Assembly: GCA_964016885.1 (NCBI GenBank)
Contig: OZ024740.1
Coordinates: 299,708,001 to 299,772,000, forward strand
Reading direction: 5' to 3'
DNA from: Eledone cirrhosa
Lineage: Eukaryota
DNA length: 64,000 bases
Positions 13,493 through 28,775 of the stretch are shown piece after piece. A program made the position numbers and the translations under genes. Below the pieces are notes generated by a model. The model was given only the letters and a program-made list of their open reading frames with translations, was not told the DNA's origin and ran no database searches. Each line of letters opens with the position of its first letter. Position 1 is the stretch's first letter.

Positions 13493-13559
13493 GATGCATA
13501 TAGTCAAAGTACATTACCTCGTGTAAAATAGGCTCCACGTATATGGGTAGTCATCTTCT

Positions 13560-14300
13560 TCTTCTTCTAGAAACATTTTCTCAAGATCCTCACCGTGTCT
13601 GTTTTTATTCACGATCGCATTATTTCGCTCTTTAACTATAACTAAGTGTCATGACCATAGCCGAGGGCAGGCAGGAACAACGAATTAAAGGCAACGAGGT
13701 CGGTTTACCTCCCACTCCCTTACTTTGATGACTGAGTGCAAACTCTTGCACATTAGAACACCGTGAACGCGGGGTCGAGATATCTGCACGTCTTCATCTC
13801 CTTCAGTCGAACTCCACTAGCATGCAGAATTTACTGTGGAGGCTTTCTTGTGAGAACGAGTGTTTCTGTCTTCAACGCAATGACTTTTATTCCTAACATT
13901 GTAACACTTGGCAGCAAATATATCTAGGGCATATCGGTGATAACTTTCCGACGAGTTAGTTAACATCATGTCTTCTGCAAATCCAGCTGACGGCTCCTAC
14001 ACCCACCAATTGTGATTCAATATCTAACCTAGCTGCGAATATCAATACTGTTCGCGGAGAATATGAATAGGAGATTTTTCAATATGCATCCTTGTCAGTT
14101 TTCGAAACCAGCATTAAATGATTTGGCTAGGTGTCAATAACAATTCGTAAACTTCTTGAAGATTACGTATCTTCCCCAGAACCAGAATATACTTTAAATT
14201 TTCATTATCACTACAAAATGCATGGGTGACACATTTTTATTTGCTGTCTTGAAAGATGCTCGTCTCATAGACTTAGACAATCTAGTCTCGCTCCAAAAGA
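13560..14300 (-). mobile_element. highly decayed LINE RT remnant
   Basis: Minus strand near 13965-13990 reads GFAEDMML, resembling the FADD motif; no ORF. Confidence 0.3.
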
Positions 14301-16754
14301 AAGCCAAATATTTATTCACTACCCACAATAGCCACTAGTGAAGATGTGTTCTATTTTTCTTTGCTTTGAACATTTTTCATTGTTATTAAAATGGTATCAT
14401 GTCCTTTGAACTAGCTATGTCAGTATCAATAAAATACTGCCTTGCTCCCGATAACATCCACTCTATCTCTAGTTATTTGGTAATGCATCTTAAAATATAG
14501 CACTAAGAATATTTTGCTCTATACAACTGTAATGTTATATTTTTTTTTATTGTTTTGGTGAAGACGTCTGGGCGTACGTAAACGAAGTCATTAAACTGTT
14601 CACTTTCATCTTGAATCCTAGTCGTAGAAACCTAGTCGTAGAAACCCACATTTAGGGAATGCATTTCAGAATGTTAAAGTTTTGAGGGAGTAAGTACTAA
14701 TTAAAAATCAGTGTAGGGCCTGCAAATATAACTGGTGTAGAGGGTTAATCATTTTGGGGCATTGAAATACTTTCTGGTACAGAAGTAGGAGCTATAACAC
14801 TGAAACAGGCTTTGCTATTTTGAGGATGCACATTTGTCACGAGGGATTATCGAGGATGTTAAGGCATATCATTTGTTGTAGCAATGGGGATTCTAGTTGT
14901 GGTGTCGTTTTATTTAATCGTGGGTGAGTGTGATAATAATTTCTTGATATATGCATTAATTTCGGCTTCGGTCTCTTGAAGAAGACAAGATTGGAATTAT
15001 CTTATCGGAGAATATTTAGTTTGAGATATCGACGTTGCATGAGGGTAATGTTAGGAACATTTGGAAGGAATATATGATGATGAAAGAAACTTAAAATACA
15101 CTTTCAGTTGACAGAGTACGTTTCAGCACTTAGCACGATGTCATAGATCTAAAAAAATAGAGGCAAGTGAAAGTGACTGTAAGTATTTGGGATGCAAACC
15201 CATCCCAGCAATAAAACCTAATTATTCAAAACTGTTATTCTGAATATTTTCGAGGTGGATTACTGCTGGGATATATTTTGTAATAGTGCTGGCTGATATC
15301 TTTAGCCATATGAGCTATTAGTTTCCTTTAGCATATGTAAGTATATGGCATACATAAGAACTTGCCTGTAAAATTCAGTTTTGATTAAAGCGATCTCGAA
15401 ATAGCAGGTTCAATCTACTACTTTGATTACTTATTACAGAAAATGAACTGAACCAAATAGCATTTAAAAAAAAATTATGCTAAGGAAAAAATGTCGAATG
15501 CTTTCCATATATTCTCTTCTATGCATGTAACATTAGTTGATTATAATTACCTCGGAAACGTTCAGGCTTTAACAAGGCAGATTTAGATTTGGCTTTCAGA
15601 TATGTGACAATTACACGTTTGTTCATCATTAAAACGACTTTGCTTTAGTTTTATATTCTTTTATATGATTTAGCCATTCATCATAGGTTTATGTTTACTG
15701 TTTCAGGTTAAATTTCCCCATATGTAACATCAGTGTCAATAAAATTGGTATGATGCGTGTCTATAATCATTTCAAATTTGAAAATTTGAATCGTTTTTGT
15801 AAATAATAACATAAGTTCACTATCCTTGTTGTGTATCTCGCTAGATTAGTTTAAATTAGTTTTGGAAACGAAATATCATCTTCTATTTCTCTTTGAATTT
15901 GAAGATTAATTTTATTCTGGTTATTCTTTTTTTCATTTTAGATAACTGAAAAAAATTGAATAATGTATTTCCACATTTTTGAATAAAAATAAACATCTTT
16001 GAATTATGATTAGTAATGTAAACAAGAAGATAACAGAAATAAAAGCCTTTTAGAAAGCAAAACAAAACAAAAGAATCGAGAAAATTAGTTTTAAAGAAAT
16101 CCAATAGAACCTAATCAAACTGCAACAGCAACCGTTGCAACAATTACATGAGAATTAAACATCTTAACAAAACACAAATCCCATATTAATTAGTTGATGC
16201 TACAAAATAACCTCTCTGAAAATCTCTATAATTTATCGTTATCAGCATAAATTCTTCTTTAATGATTTTTCTTTTATAGAATACGATGTCTATATTGTGT
16301 TCGTCGCATTTAACATTGTACAAAGCATGATTATTCATTGTTACGTTTTCTCTAACAACAGTGTTGGGTTATGATTACTAATTCTAAAACAAAGGGGGAA
16401 TATTAATGGGCAAATTTACACCATTGAATGGATAGCATGATGGTGTTATCTAGTACATAGTTGAGTCTACATTTGTTACAATTAATAGTTACTTTACTGT
16501 ATACATTATGTATGATGTATTTCACTATTATTACCGGTATCAGATTTGGTATAATTGCTGATATATATAATCTGAAAAGGAATTACAATTCTTAAGGATT
16601 TTCTTTTAGAAATAATTTCATACATTTCTAGACATATTTACTGTAATGTGTCATTTCTTTTGTTTGTGTTGGGATAATAAATGCAATAACATAGAATATA
16701 CGTTTTAAGTTGTTTGTATTCGTAATGAATATTATGTACATTTAAAATCTTTCA

Positions 16755-16955
<201 letters not shown>

Positions 16956-17329
16956 GAAAAGTGTGTAAGATGCTATACGAAACAGATGTTATACAGAAAA
17001 AGTTAAATTGGAAACACACGGAAAATATATTTAAAGGAACTGTTTAACTTTTTTCTTCTTTGATCCGTCCAAGTGACATAGAGAAACAATTTTGTTTTTA
17101 AAAGGAGTTTTATAATGTATACAAAATATAAAATATAACGGGTTTCGATGTATCGGTCTAATCCATCTTATCAAATGTTGAATATTACAATTAAAGAGAA
17201 TTAAAAAGAATAAAAAAAAAAAAAATTAAAGTTAAGTGTTAAAGAAGGCCTGGCCTGTTCATCTTTCTTGTTCAGAAGATAGATGAACATTCTTCAACAC
17301 TTAATTTAAGGTTTTTTCCAATTCCACTT

Positions 17330-17406
<77 letters not shown>

Positions 17407-17450
17407 ATATAGATATATATACATATATATATATATAGAGAGAGAGAGCG

Positions 17451-17542
<92 letters not shown>

Positions 17543-17889
17543 ATGTGTATTATTGGTTGTGTAAAATGGTCCAATACATTTTTGTTAGCAATATTTAGTT
17601 ATCCACGCTTTTGTATATCTCCAATTACATTTATGGGAGCAGGTAGATGATGTAAAACGGATTATTTCTTTCAAAATAAAGATCTGAAGGCATGGTATAA
17701 ATTTCCAATCATTTCAATCACGACACATGTTTCAATAAGAGATAGATCGATTGTGCAGCCATGATCGATTATCACTGATCTAGTCAGGTGAAAATGAATT
17801 GTCTTCAAATCCTTGATATGAGGGAGAAAATTAACGATGTACACTCACAGAGTTTAGTCCTTCATATGTATATATATATATATATCTAT

Positions 17890-19690
17890 CTATCTATCTA
17901 AGTAAAATTCCCGAGATCCATGGACGAGTTCTCTCCAGCGGTCTCTGTCCCTCATTATCGCTGCCATGTCCTGCGTCTCCAACAGACCAGTGTCTGTCCT
18001 TAGGGCATCAACATACGTTAACCTTGGTCTTCCTCTTCTAGTGTGTCCATGTAGCGGCTCCCAAAGGAGCACTGAGTGCAATGTCAACTCTGGATGTCGG
18101 TGAGCATGTCCAGCTAACCTCAGTCTCCTCTGTGTCACTTTTGAGCTGACTTTTGGGATGCTCCCATACAGCTCTGAGTTGTTCATCCTCAGTGTATACT
18201 GATTAATGTTCAGAGCCATCCTCAGCATTCTCGTGTAGCACCCATCCACCATCTGAGTGAGTTTCTTGGTCAGTGTCCAAGTCTCAAACCCATACAGCAG
18301 CACAGACTCCACTACAGCAATGAAGAGGCGGATTTTCAGGTCTCTACGAAGGTCCGACTTCCACACCGATCTCAAGATGTGGTACGCCGCCCAGGCCTTG
18401 CTCTTCCTCTCAACCACATCATCTTCCGTATTTCCAATCTTTGCTCCCAAATACAGGAAGTCCTCAACCAATTCCAGTGGCTTCCCGCCTACATTAGTGA
18501 TCCCCTCTGGCTTCTCAACATTCTCTACCAGATATTTTGTTTTAGTCTCATTCATTCTCAGCCCCACACTCATCGACACAGTCTCAACCTCCCTCATCAA
18601 ATCATCTGAAACCTTCACTTTTTTTTTTGTCACCAAAACTATGTCGTCGGCAAATTCAGCATCCGATACCTTTTTCGCCCTAACTCTCCTGCTCTGATCC
18701 GGTGCTACAGTAAAGCCAGAGTCCTGGTGTTTCTCCAGTGCAAGGCGCATACAATAGTCCACTACGATGATAAAAAGGTAGGGAGCCAATGTATCTCCCT
18801 GGAGCACTCCAGCAAGTATCTCAAAGAACTCTGTCATCCCATCAGGTGTAATGACTTGGGCTTTGGTGTTGGTGTAAAGCAGTGATATCAGGTCCACTCT
18901 CCTCTTGGGGATTCCATAAGCCTGTAAGATCTTCATCAGGCAGTAACGGTCCACAGAATCAAAGGCCTTCCTAAAGTCAATGAAAACCATGACCGCAGGA
19001 AGGCACTTTACTCTAGCACCCTCTAATATCCTCCTCAGCATCAGGATGTGACTGGTGGTTGATCTACCCTCTCTGAAGCCGTTCTGGTTGTCCCTGAGCT
19101 TCTTCTCCGTCTCAGGCTGGATCCTGTTAAGAATCATCCTGTTGAGGGTCTTTGCCATAAGTGACGTCAGTGAGATCCTCCGGTAGTTGTTGGTGTTAGA
19201 GAGATCTTCCTTCTTTGGCACTGGGACGATGTTACTGATCCTCCACTGATTCGGGGCAACTCCTTTCTCCAGTGCCGCGTTACAGAACCCCAGGATGATA
19301 TCAAAATCACACCTCTTCATCACCCCTGATGCCACTCCATCTTCTCCATGAGCTTTGCCTTCCTTGATCCTCTTCTTGGCTCTCTGAAGCTCCTCTCTGG
19401 TGAAGGGCTCTGTCTCAACATCCAGTTCCTCAAACAGCCGCCTGATCTCCCCAGTGCTCTGGGCTGTGGAGGGTGGCTCTCCTAGTAGGGTCCTAAAATG
19501 GTCTAGCCATTTTCTCTTCCTATCCTCGGGCCCCGTTCCCTGGATCTGACTCGAATACCTTCTCTTCCTCCCTGTGATCTCGTTGATGATCATCCAGCTC
19601 TCCTTACATCCAGATCTGTCAACCGCTCTCTCCATACTTCTGATCTTCTCTATCAGTGCCTCCTCTCTGACCTCAGTGTATTTCTTGCGG
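17890..19690 (-). mobile_element. RTE-clade LINE, 5'-truncated, with an uninterrupted 581 aa RT ORF (17890-19635)
   Basis: NYRRISLTSL, QNGFREGRST, FIDFRKAFDSV, GVLQGDTLAPYLF, FADDIVL, FLYLG, LLYGFETW, RGRPRLTYVD; 3' end runs into (TAGA)n/(TA)n. Confidence 0.92.
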
Positions 19691-20520
19691 TATAGTTTGA
19701 TGTTCTACCCTCTCTTCCCACTCTTTTCATTCTCTAGCAATTGGTTGGCAACTTGGTTGGCAGTGACTATTGGTGCTGCGGGGTTGCTTGCGGATCACCA
19801 CGTAGCTTGTGAATAAGTGTACATGATTTCTTGCTATATTTTGACATGTCCATAGACTCAATACGAGCATTCCAGGTCTTGCTTCATTCTTGAGGAATGC
19901 TTTCCATCACCTTCTCTCCATGGGCAGTTGTTACTTCTGACAAAGGGGTCTGCTTTAAACTTGCTGATATAGTTGGCATAAATATATGAGTCCAGGGTTT
20001 AATCGTGGGTAACCACAGTAAGTAAGGTATTCAATACATTAGTTGGCATAGAGTTCTGTACATTCCTTTGAAAATCCATGTATATATTCAACTCTACAAC
20101 CTCGTGGAATATGTTACTGAGCGGTTTTCAGCACCAGGTTAGCAAAGAGGTTGTAGTAAGTTATTGCTTGTTGGTATTATATGTTTGATCATCTCTTCGA
20201 GCTCGTTCGTGAAACATTTCCAGTCTGTTTTCTTGTAGTTGAAGCACATTTTAAAAGGAAGGATGAATGGTTTCATTGATTAGGATCCCAATTGAACTGT
20301 GTTTGGTTGACACAATCTATACGTGCTGCTTGTGACCATGGTGAGACCTGGGTCATAGCCACATTTCCAGCGAGCACTGAAAAATGAGTGTGGTAGCTTG
20401 GGGTCTTAGATAAGACTAAATTGTTTAGTATCCTTCCAGTCTTCTACTGCTTCTCCATCCTTGTTCATTTCAGGGTAACCCAATTAGTGGTAGCTCATAC
20501 TGCTTAATACAGCCGCATTT
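19691..20520 (-). mobile_element. decayed LINE remnant, Vingi/Ingi-like (APE end and linker)
   Basis: Translatable patches LPHSFFSARWKCGYDP, FNYKKTDWKCF, IVTANQVANQLLEN; clade assignment from recalled motifs only. Confidence 0.55.
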
Positions 20521-22856
20521 CAGTGAGAAGACAATCATTTCCCATCCGACAAGCTATCTGTAGGGTAGACCTGAATATACAGCTAGCACTCTCGGGACCG
20601 TTTTTCATGAGAAAACGTATCAGTTATTTATTGCATACCTCACAGTGCTTCATACTAACTATACTACTTTATAAACTCAATGAACATTAACAAAGAGAAG
20701 ACAAGACAACGACGGAAACAAGGCAAAACGAAAAACAATCTTTTGAAGGCCAAACCTTAAGTTTTTAAAAATTATTTTTATTTATAAACAAAAGAGAAGA
20801 AACTCTAAAATCTCCAGAGGTTGATATGGGCTTTGGTAGTTTCGAACCTTAACAACGCTGGTCCAACCGCGGCCAAAGCGTCTGACATACCCAAAGCGCT
20901 GTCCATGGAGTAAGAGACAAGACAAAAACAATAATTTTATAGAAATTAAGCTATATGTATACATACATTTTATGCAACGTCAGGGAAATTGTATTGTGAT
21001 TTTTAATAGCACGTGTTTCATGAAATAAAAAGAAAAGGAAAGGAAGGAAAGAAAGTGGAATAAGGAAGGGAAAAAGTCAAGAAGAGAGTAAAATACCGCG
21101 TTGAATGTAAATCATTGAGATTATTGGAGGCGACGAGAAAACACGTACGTCAGAGATTAGTAAACGAAGGAAAAGTAACAAACAGAAATGTATATGTTCC
21201 AGGTGTGTCGCAAAAAAAAAAAATACTTCAAATCTAAACAAGAAATCATACGTTTTCCCCTTCGAAATAATCCCCCTCGTGTCTAATGTACTTTTCCATC
21301 CTTCTACCACGTCTTAATGCACTTCTAGAATAATTCTCCCGGGATTCTCCGCAGCTGTGTCGTCATGGCCCTCCTGATGGCTTCCACGTCTTTTATCAGA
21401 ATTGAACTCTTTCCGTTTCTTCTTTTCCCTCTATAGAATTAATGTTGTAAATCTCAGGCGGCATTGAACTAAATGTTCATATATGGAACCTCCTTATATA
21501 TTAGATGGGAATAACCTGAGATGCTTTGCTATGCTTGATTTATAACTAAAGATGTTTCTCATATGGTGATGCCATGTTTGTCAGACAACGTATATGAAGA
21601 GCTATAAATCATTTTACTTAAGATAGTGAATGTGATATTCTGCGAGATCATGTGACAATTTCGAGGTTTCATAGTAAAGATACAAATCCCAGGACAATTA
21701 CCATATCCTACAATTAATTTTCTCAGAAGATGAGATTCATTATAGTAATGATTATTGAGATGATATCTGATCAAATATGCTGTATATTAAGTGGAATTCA
21801 AATAAACAATTTCTGGTGAATAATAAAATTATGTTAGGATATTTCTGTACAAATTTTCATTGCTATTTTATATATGTTTTCCCCATAGGATAGAGTTCTA
21901 TTAGCTAACATCTTATCTGGGATTAACAATAACAAAATCTAGTCAACGAAGGCAATAACAGCCAACACAGTTCCTGTATATACAATGAGGCAACTGAGAG
22001 TACATTTAGTTCAGGAACAGTCAGCAAAACAGAAATACAAAGGAAAAACTAATTCTAATTTTCCTTTCTATAGGGCTCAGAATGTCCAATGATTGCGTAT
22101 TTTAGGCTTTATACGGAGGTAATCTTTGGTAGGAAACAAAGGATGAAAGGTTCATAAGAAAGACAAGGACAAAAATCTAACTTCAAAGATCAAAATATAT
22201 ATTTAAAGGAATTTCAAAGGATGAATAAATAAATAAATCAGATATGAAACACAGCACACAGTAACAGAACGGAGCGAACGGGAAGAGAGAAAGAAAGATT
22301 GTATACGTGTGTTTGTGTTTGTATGTGCGAATGTGTGTGTATATATAAACAATATCGTTCATGAAAGTAGATAAACAAGAAAAACACTTTTATACAATGT
22401 TGCTACAATACTCTTTTGACATACTGTTTCATTAATAATTTTCTTGTGACACATTCCAGTGCGAAGTGATAAAAATACACCGGAAAATAATTTTCCTTTC
22501 CTTGTGCGGATGTTTGAAGGAAAGAAGAGACAAAGAACGCCTAAGGAAATATTATAACTATGCTGGCGTCTTAATCAATACGCAGGATAAAACATGGAAT
22601 CTGATTAGAATATCGATGACTTGAATAAGCCTCAGGTGTACATGTTAGCGCTTCTAGCCTTTGATCCTGGTCAATGCATAACAAGTCATTGCAGTGTCTT
22701 CAATACAACATAAGAAACGGGTTGTGGATTTTATTTTCAATGAAACATACGCTGTTATAATTATGAGTGTATTTATTCGGCGAATAATTGCTACACAACA
22801 TCCAAATGACTCCGAAGTATATTCCAATAAATTCCAGTATGCGTGTTATTATATGC

Positions 22857-22937
<81 letters not shown>

Positions 22938-23325
22938 TGCAAGAGAGAATGAGAAAGAGAGAGGAAGACAGAGAAATAAATATACATCTTGTATTAACAT
23001 ACATACGCAAATGTTTAGCATACATTACTAGTATTTCTAGATATATTCTTTGTGTTTGAGCATATATATGTATATATACGTATATATATATGCATGTGTA
23101 TATTCAGTACTCTATTTTTCACACACACATATGCGTAAACGAATAGATAAATAAGTTCACAGACACACAGAATTACACGTATGATTTATATAAGTATGCA
23201 CAGAGGATTGATACGAATATAGTTTTCATATTTTTGTAATTATTTATATCTTCCTGGTCTAGAAATTAATGCATGTGTATATTTAATGGTGTACTCTATA
23301 TGTATCTATTTAGAAACGAATGTCT

Positions 23326-23376
<51 letters not shown>

Positions 23377-23589
23377 ACATATATATAAAATATACATGTA
23401 TATATATATATGTATATAAATATATATGCATACATATACATATATATATATATATAGTACAGGGGATAACAGGATTTAAGTTGGGGGAGGGGGGTCAGGA
23501 AAGAGAAGGATAATGGTGTGGATATCTCTCTCTCTCGACTGGAAAGTTCAGAGAATCCAGGAACACATCCTGTGAGCCATATCAACTTT

Positions 23590-24268
23590 GCTGTTTATTT
23601 GAATGGCACAGCTTATGATGTTATCAACAATTATTCCCAGGTCCCTGATGTAGTTGGTTGTCACGAGGGTTTCACCGAGGGAAGGGAATAGGAGAGTTTC
23701 CGTACATCCTCTTTTGCAAAGTGGATTAATTCGAGTTTATAGTTTATTCTCATTCAGCAGCGTATTTTCTTGTTCGCCCATTGGATGTGATTGAAGGCAT
23801 GTCCGGTCTCCCAATTCATTGAGGGCCTCCTGGAGCTTGGAATCACCTGAACAGTTTCTTATGTTGCCGTGCTTGACGACGTCAGTGATATCATTGATAT
23901 AGATAATGAAAAGAAGTGGGACTAGCACAGTGCCCTGTGCAACACCACTACTGACTTTGGCTGAGCTTGATTGTATTCCTTCGACTACATCATATTGGGC
24001 TTTGTCAGGAAACACTTGATCCATTGCCTTAAATTTCCAGAGACACCCTTCTGGATAGTCTTTTTAGTCGAATGTTATGATAAACTCCGTCATAGGCCTT
24101 GCTGAAATCAAGGTAAATGACATCAATATTGGAACTCTCTATCAAAGTTCTTACAATGTCACCAAGGGATGCAGGAATTGTATTAGGCAGTCCTTTCCCT
24201 TACGGAACCCATGGATTTTAATCAGCAGGTTGTTATTTTCATGAAAGTGAGGTAATCGTGATCTCAAA
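23590..24268 (-). mobile_element. CR1-like RT fragment
   Basis: SGVAQGTVLVPLLFIIYINDI, HGFRKGKDC, IYLDFSKAY. Confidence 0.8.
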
Positions 24269-24272
24269 CGCT

Positions 24273-24462
24273 GTATGGGTGATCGGCAGTTACCACAATT
24301 CCGGTTTGTATTTATTTTCTTGATTTATTCTTAAATTGAGTCTGGCAAACCCTATTGTCCATAGTTAGTATTTTACTCACCTTAGCGAACCTGATCCCTT
24401 ACGATTTGAACACATATATGTATATGTCTGTGTTTATCTCTTTTATATTCAATTATGATATA
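24273..24462 (+). repeat. copy of the hammerhead-associated repeat also found at 50959-51150
   Basis: Clear similarity to the reverse complement of 50959-51150 (GGGTGAT.GG.AGT.ACCACAAT ... TTACGATTTGAACACATA). Confidence 0.75.
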
Positions 24463-24527
24463 CGGTCAGAAAAATCTCTTTCCTAGAGATATTTTATTGT
24501 AAGAGGCAATTTTGAGATTTTAACTCA

Positions 24528-24702
24528 ATATATACCTTTGATATATATATCAATATATACCTTTGATATATATATATATATATATGATATATATATATAT
24601 GATATATATATATATATATTATATATATATATATGATATATATATATGATATATATATATATGATATATATATATATGATATATATATATGATATATATA
24701 TA

Positions 24703-24757
<55 letters not shown>

Positions 24758-24819
24758 ATATATATATATATGATATATATATATATATGATATATATATA
24801 TATATGATATATATATATA

Positions 24820-24896
<77 letters not shown>
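24528..24896. repeat. (TA)n tract with interspersed TGA interruptions
   Basis: Directly visible. Confidence 0.9.
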
Positions 24897-24899
<3 letters not shown>

Positions 24900-25396
24900 G
24901 ACGTAAAATAAGAAAATTATAAAAATTAACTTACTAAAATTTCACTCCAACTAATTAGTTTCTGAAAGGGATTAAACACTTCCATTCTCTCACTGTTTAT
25001 TTCTCTGGAAGAAACCTGCTGTGTTCATAGCTGGGGGTGGAAGGGCTCTACTAGGTGCAAACATGCCCTAGAAACGCCATATGTCAGTGTCCCCTTTACG
25101 ACCCCGTCAGAAGTTACGGGTCTATACATAAATATGAATTATTTACCCATCCAAGGTAGATAAACCCAGCGAATATTGAAATGATAATGATTTACTAATA
25201 TATTCACTGAATACCATAGTTTAAATTGCCGTTTTATAATAAATTGGAAATCATTTACTTTTACTCTTTAATTAATAATATTTATAGTTTTCCCCTTGCA
25301 ATGCAATACCTACTTAATCTATGTAGATGGCATGTTTCGCCTATGTAACTATGAGTGCATGTGTGAGTATATGTGTTTGTGTGAGAGAGGGAGAGA

Positions 25397-25429
<33 letters not shown>

Positions 25430-26401
25430 AAAGAGAGAGAGATGGATAGATAGATAAAGAACTAGATAGAAAGAGGGATGGATAGATAGAGATACAGAGA
25501 GAGAGAGAGAGAGAGAGGGGGATGGATAGATAGATAGAGGACTAGAGAAAAGAGAGAGAGAGAGCGAGAGAGTATGTGTGCGTGTATGTGTGTTTATTTT
25601 TTTTTTATTGAAACCCTTAATCTTTGCATCATTATTGTCAACTTATGAAGTATTACTGATACTTTCTTATTGCGCCTTAGGAATAAATCAACATTTAAAG
25701 ATCTTCATAGCTAAATGTTTCTGTTTAACATTTGTTTTATTTAAAATGTAGGTGGACATCCTGAAATGTTATATGTCTTACGTTTTATATTGCCGTTGTT
25801 TAATATGTTAAGACATATTAGATTTTTGTGCCGTTGGCATCGGGTGTCTTTCTGTAATTGTGATTTTGTAGTTGTTTTTTTTTTGTATTAGATGAAACAT
25901 TTGTGTAATGAGTTTTAAAGAAAAGTCTGTTTTTGTTATTGATCCACGAATGGTATAGTAGATTTTATGGTTATTCTGTATTATTAACTGGTGTCCTGCT
26001 GCCTAATTATTTTGTTTTGTGGAATAAACATTGCAATAATAACTTCTTGTGAAAACATATGATCATTTTGCAATTATGGCAGTTACATGTCTACTGAAAA
26101 TTTTAGAATTAGAAATATTACAAATTTCAGAATTATATTTAGGTATTTCCATTATATTTTCATATCAATAGTGTTGTAATCTTGCAAATTCTTACCAGTG
26201 TCTATCTGCTTGCATTGCAGTCTAGTAATATATCTTTATTACAAAAATGAGTGTACTCAGGTGATACATATTTAAATTGTGTAATACTCGACAAACACAT
26301 AAGCCAACACATATAAATGCACACAAATACAGACCCACACACATACACAGGCTCACACAAACATGTACACCCCCCCAACACACATATATATATATATATA
26401 T

Positions 26402-27012
26402 ATGGGTGCTGCCAACTCGTTTTCGAGTACGGCCACTACTTTATATCCATGTAGGAGAACCCCTACCGATGCGCTAAACGAGTGTGACTTTTTAGTCCAG
26501 CCAGCGACTTGAAAACTCTGGTACAAACACTACACTTGTGACAATTATTGACACATAGTGCTGGGCCCATGGTACCATGTGACGACAAGTGCAGAGAGTT
26601 CTCCAGATATAAAGGAATGCCTGTGCCATGAAGCTTTTATAGTGAGCAAAGGCACTGCATAAAGCCAGTCCCACTCTCTTAACCAAGATGATATTTACCA
26701 AAAAGAAGAACAAGTCAACATCATTCGATACCATCAGAGTTGCAGGTGTTATATCAGAGTTTTCCTTCTCCTAGAATTCTGCCTTGAAAAAGGCTAAGGG
26801 GTCATCTCTCCCGGTGATTTTGGATGGCCATTGACTCTTAAGAGCTCCTTTGCCCTTTCACAGGTTTTGCTTTTAGTCCTGCAGGATGTCCAAAGTGACC
26901 CTCCACACCAAGAAACCTTGGTGGGGTTGCCAGTTTAGTCGCCAACGACCCGACCATGAGACAGGTTGTACTGGCATACATGTTACCAGTAGCACCAACT
27001 GGTGACCTGACA
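26402..27012 (-). mobile_element. about 610 bp non-autonomous retroelement (SINE-like, possibly derived from an RTE 5' end), copy A
   Basis: Reverse-complement homolog of 35940-36550; flanked by (TA)n/(CATA)n. Confidence 0.8.
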
Positions 27013-27337
27013 TAAATACATACATACATACATACATACATACATACATACATACATACATACAAACATTTTGCATCTAATAACGGCATATACACATGTA
27101 CAGATACAAAGCATATACACATGCACACATACAACTCAAAACATACACATCCACACATACAATAACATCCATATCTACACATGCATGCATGCAGATATGC
27201 ATACATATCTACCTAGTTGATGTTGTGTAAATTCCAATGAGAAAGTCTTGTGTCTATGTTAGAAACCGACTCTCTCTCTATTGGTAAAAATTTGTGAAAT
27301 TATAAAACCAGAAGAACATACATACTTACATACATAC

Positions 27338-27421
<84 letters not shown>

Positions 27422-27583
27422 ACATATACATATGCACATACATACATACATGTGTATATAATACATGCATATATTGCTTGCATGCATACATACATATATG
27501 CATACATACATACAGACATACATACGTATATATATATGTATATACATGCATACATACATACAAGCATACATACGTATATATAT

Positions 27584-28011
27584 ATGGTGGCTGTCAACTG
27601 ATTTTCGAGTACGGCCACTACTTTATATCCATGTAAGAGAACCCCTACCGATGCGCTGAACGAGTGTGACTTTTTAGTCCAGCCAGCGACTTGAAAACTC
27701 TGGTACAAACACTACACTTGTGACAATTATTGACACATAGTGCTGGGCCCATGGTACCATGTGACGACAAGTGCAGAGAGATCTCCAGATATAAAGCAAT
27801 GCCTGTGCCGTGAAACTTTTATAGTGAGCAAAGGCACTGCACAAAGCCAGTCCCACTCTCTTAACCAAGATTATATTTACCAAAAAGAAGAACAAGTCAA
27901 CATCATTGGATACCATCAGAGTTGCAGGTGTTATATCAGAGTTTTCCTTCTCCTAGAATTCTGCCTTGACAAAGGCTAAGGGGTCATCTCTCCCGGTGAT
28001 TTCGGATGGCC

Positions 28012-28012
<1 letters not shown>
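27584..28012 (-). mobile_element. same family, 5'-truncated copy B
   Basis: Highly similar to 26402-26830. Confidence 0.8.
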
Positions 28013-28072
<60 letters not shown>

Positions 28073-28529
28073 TACACATTTTTTATTTTATATAACAGTC
28101 GAGAATTAAGTGTGGTTGCGGAACGGGTAAATAAATGAATCAGCTTTGTATTTAGACAGAAATATAGATATGTGTTGTTTAGGAATGGAAAGGATTTTTT
28201 TACCATTGTAATGTAAAACGCGTACAATTGTTGGGCGGAAGATAGACATAAACAGAGTGTTAGTTTTGAAAGATTGTGTTCAAGCTTAAACTAATGCTAT
28301 ATTAAACAGGTAGATATGTAGACTCTATATCGGTCTAGAACCACTGCTTCTTCGAAGAAATTCTCTATATAATTTATTTTAAAGAAAGCACAATTGTTTC
28401 CAATGTAAATAGAGTAAATTATTTAATGAATTTTAGATATAATGTGATTTGCAGTCAGCTAATGAAACAAGGATAGCATTATTTGACGGATTAGAATATT
28501 TATAAAGTCTGTTCTAAGCCAAAGGCTAA

Positions 28530-28775
28530 AAAATGCCGGTGCTTAACTCCAGTTTCCTTGGCGTTAAACGACTGAGAGTACCATACCCTCCCTGGAGAGG
28601 ACGCCAGTCAATCGCAAGATTAGCGTTCCAGCTACTATTGGGAATCACTCTCAGCTGAGTATATGAAGCAATGAGAAAAATGTGTTTTGCTCTAGAACAA
28701 CGTGACAGCCTGTCCGGGAATTGACCAATATCGTTACGATCATACGGCAAGCATCCTAGCCATTAAGACATGCGT
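28530..28775 (-). mobile_element. old tRNA-derived CORE-type SINE
   Basis: Minus strand has a degenerate tRNA head, a CORE-like segment (TTCTAGAGCAAAACAC) and GCGATTGACTGGCGTCC. Confidence 0.55.
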
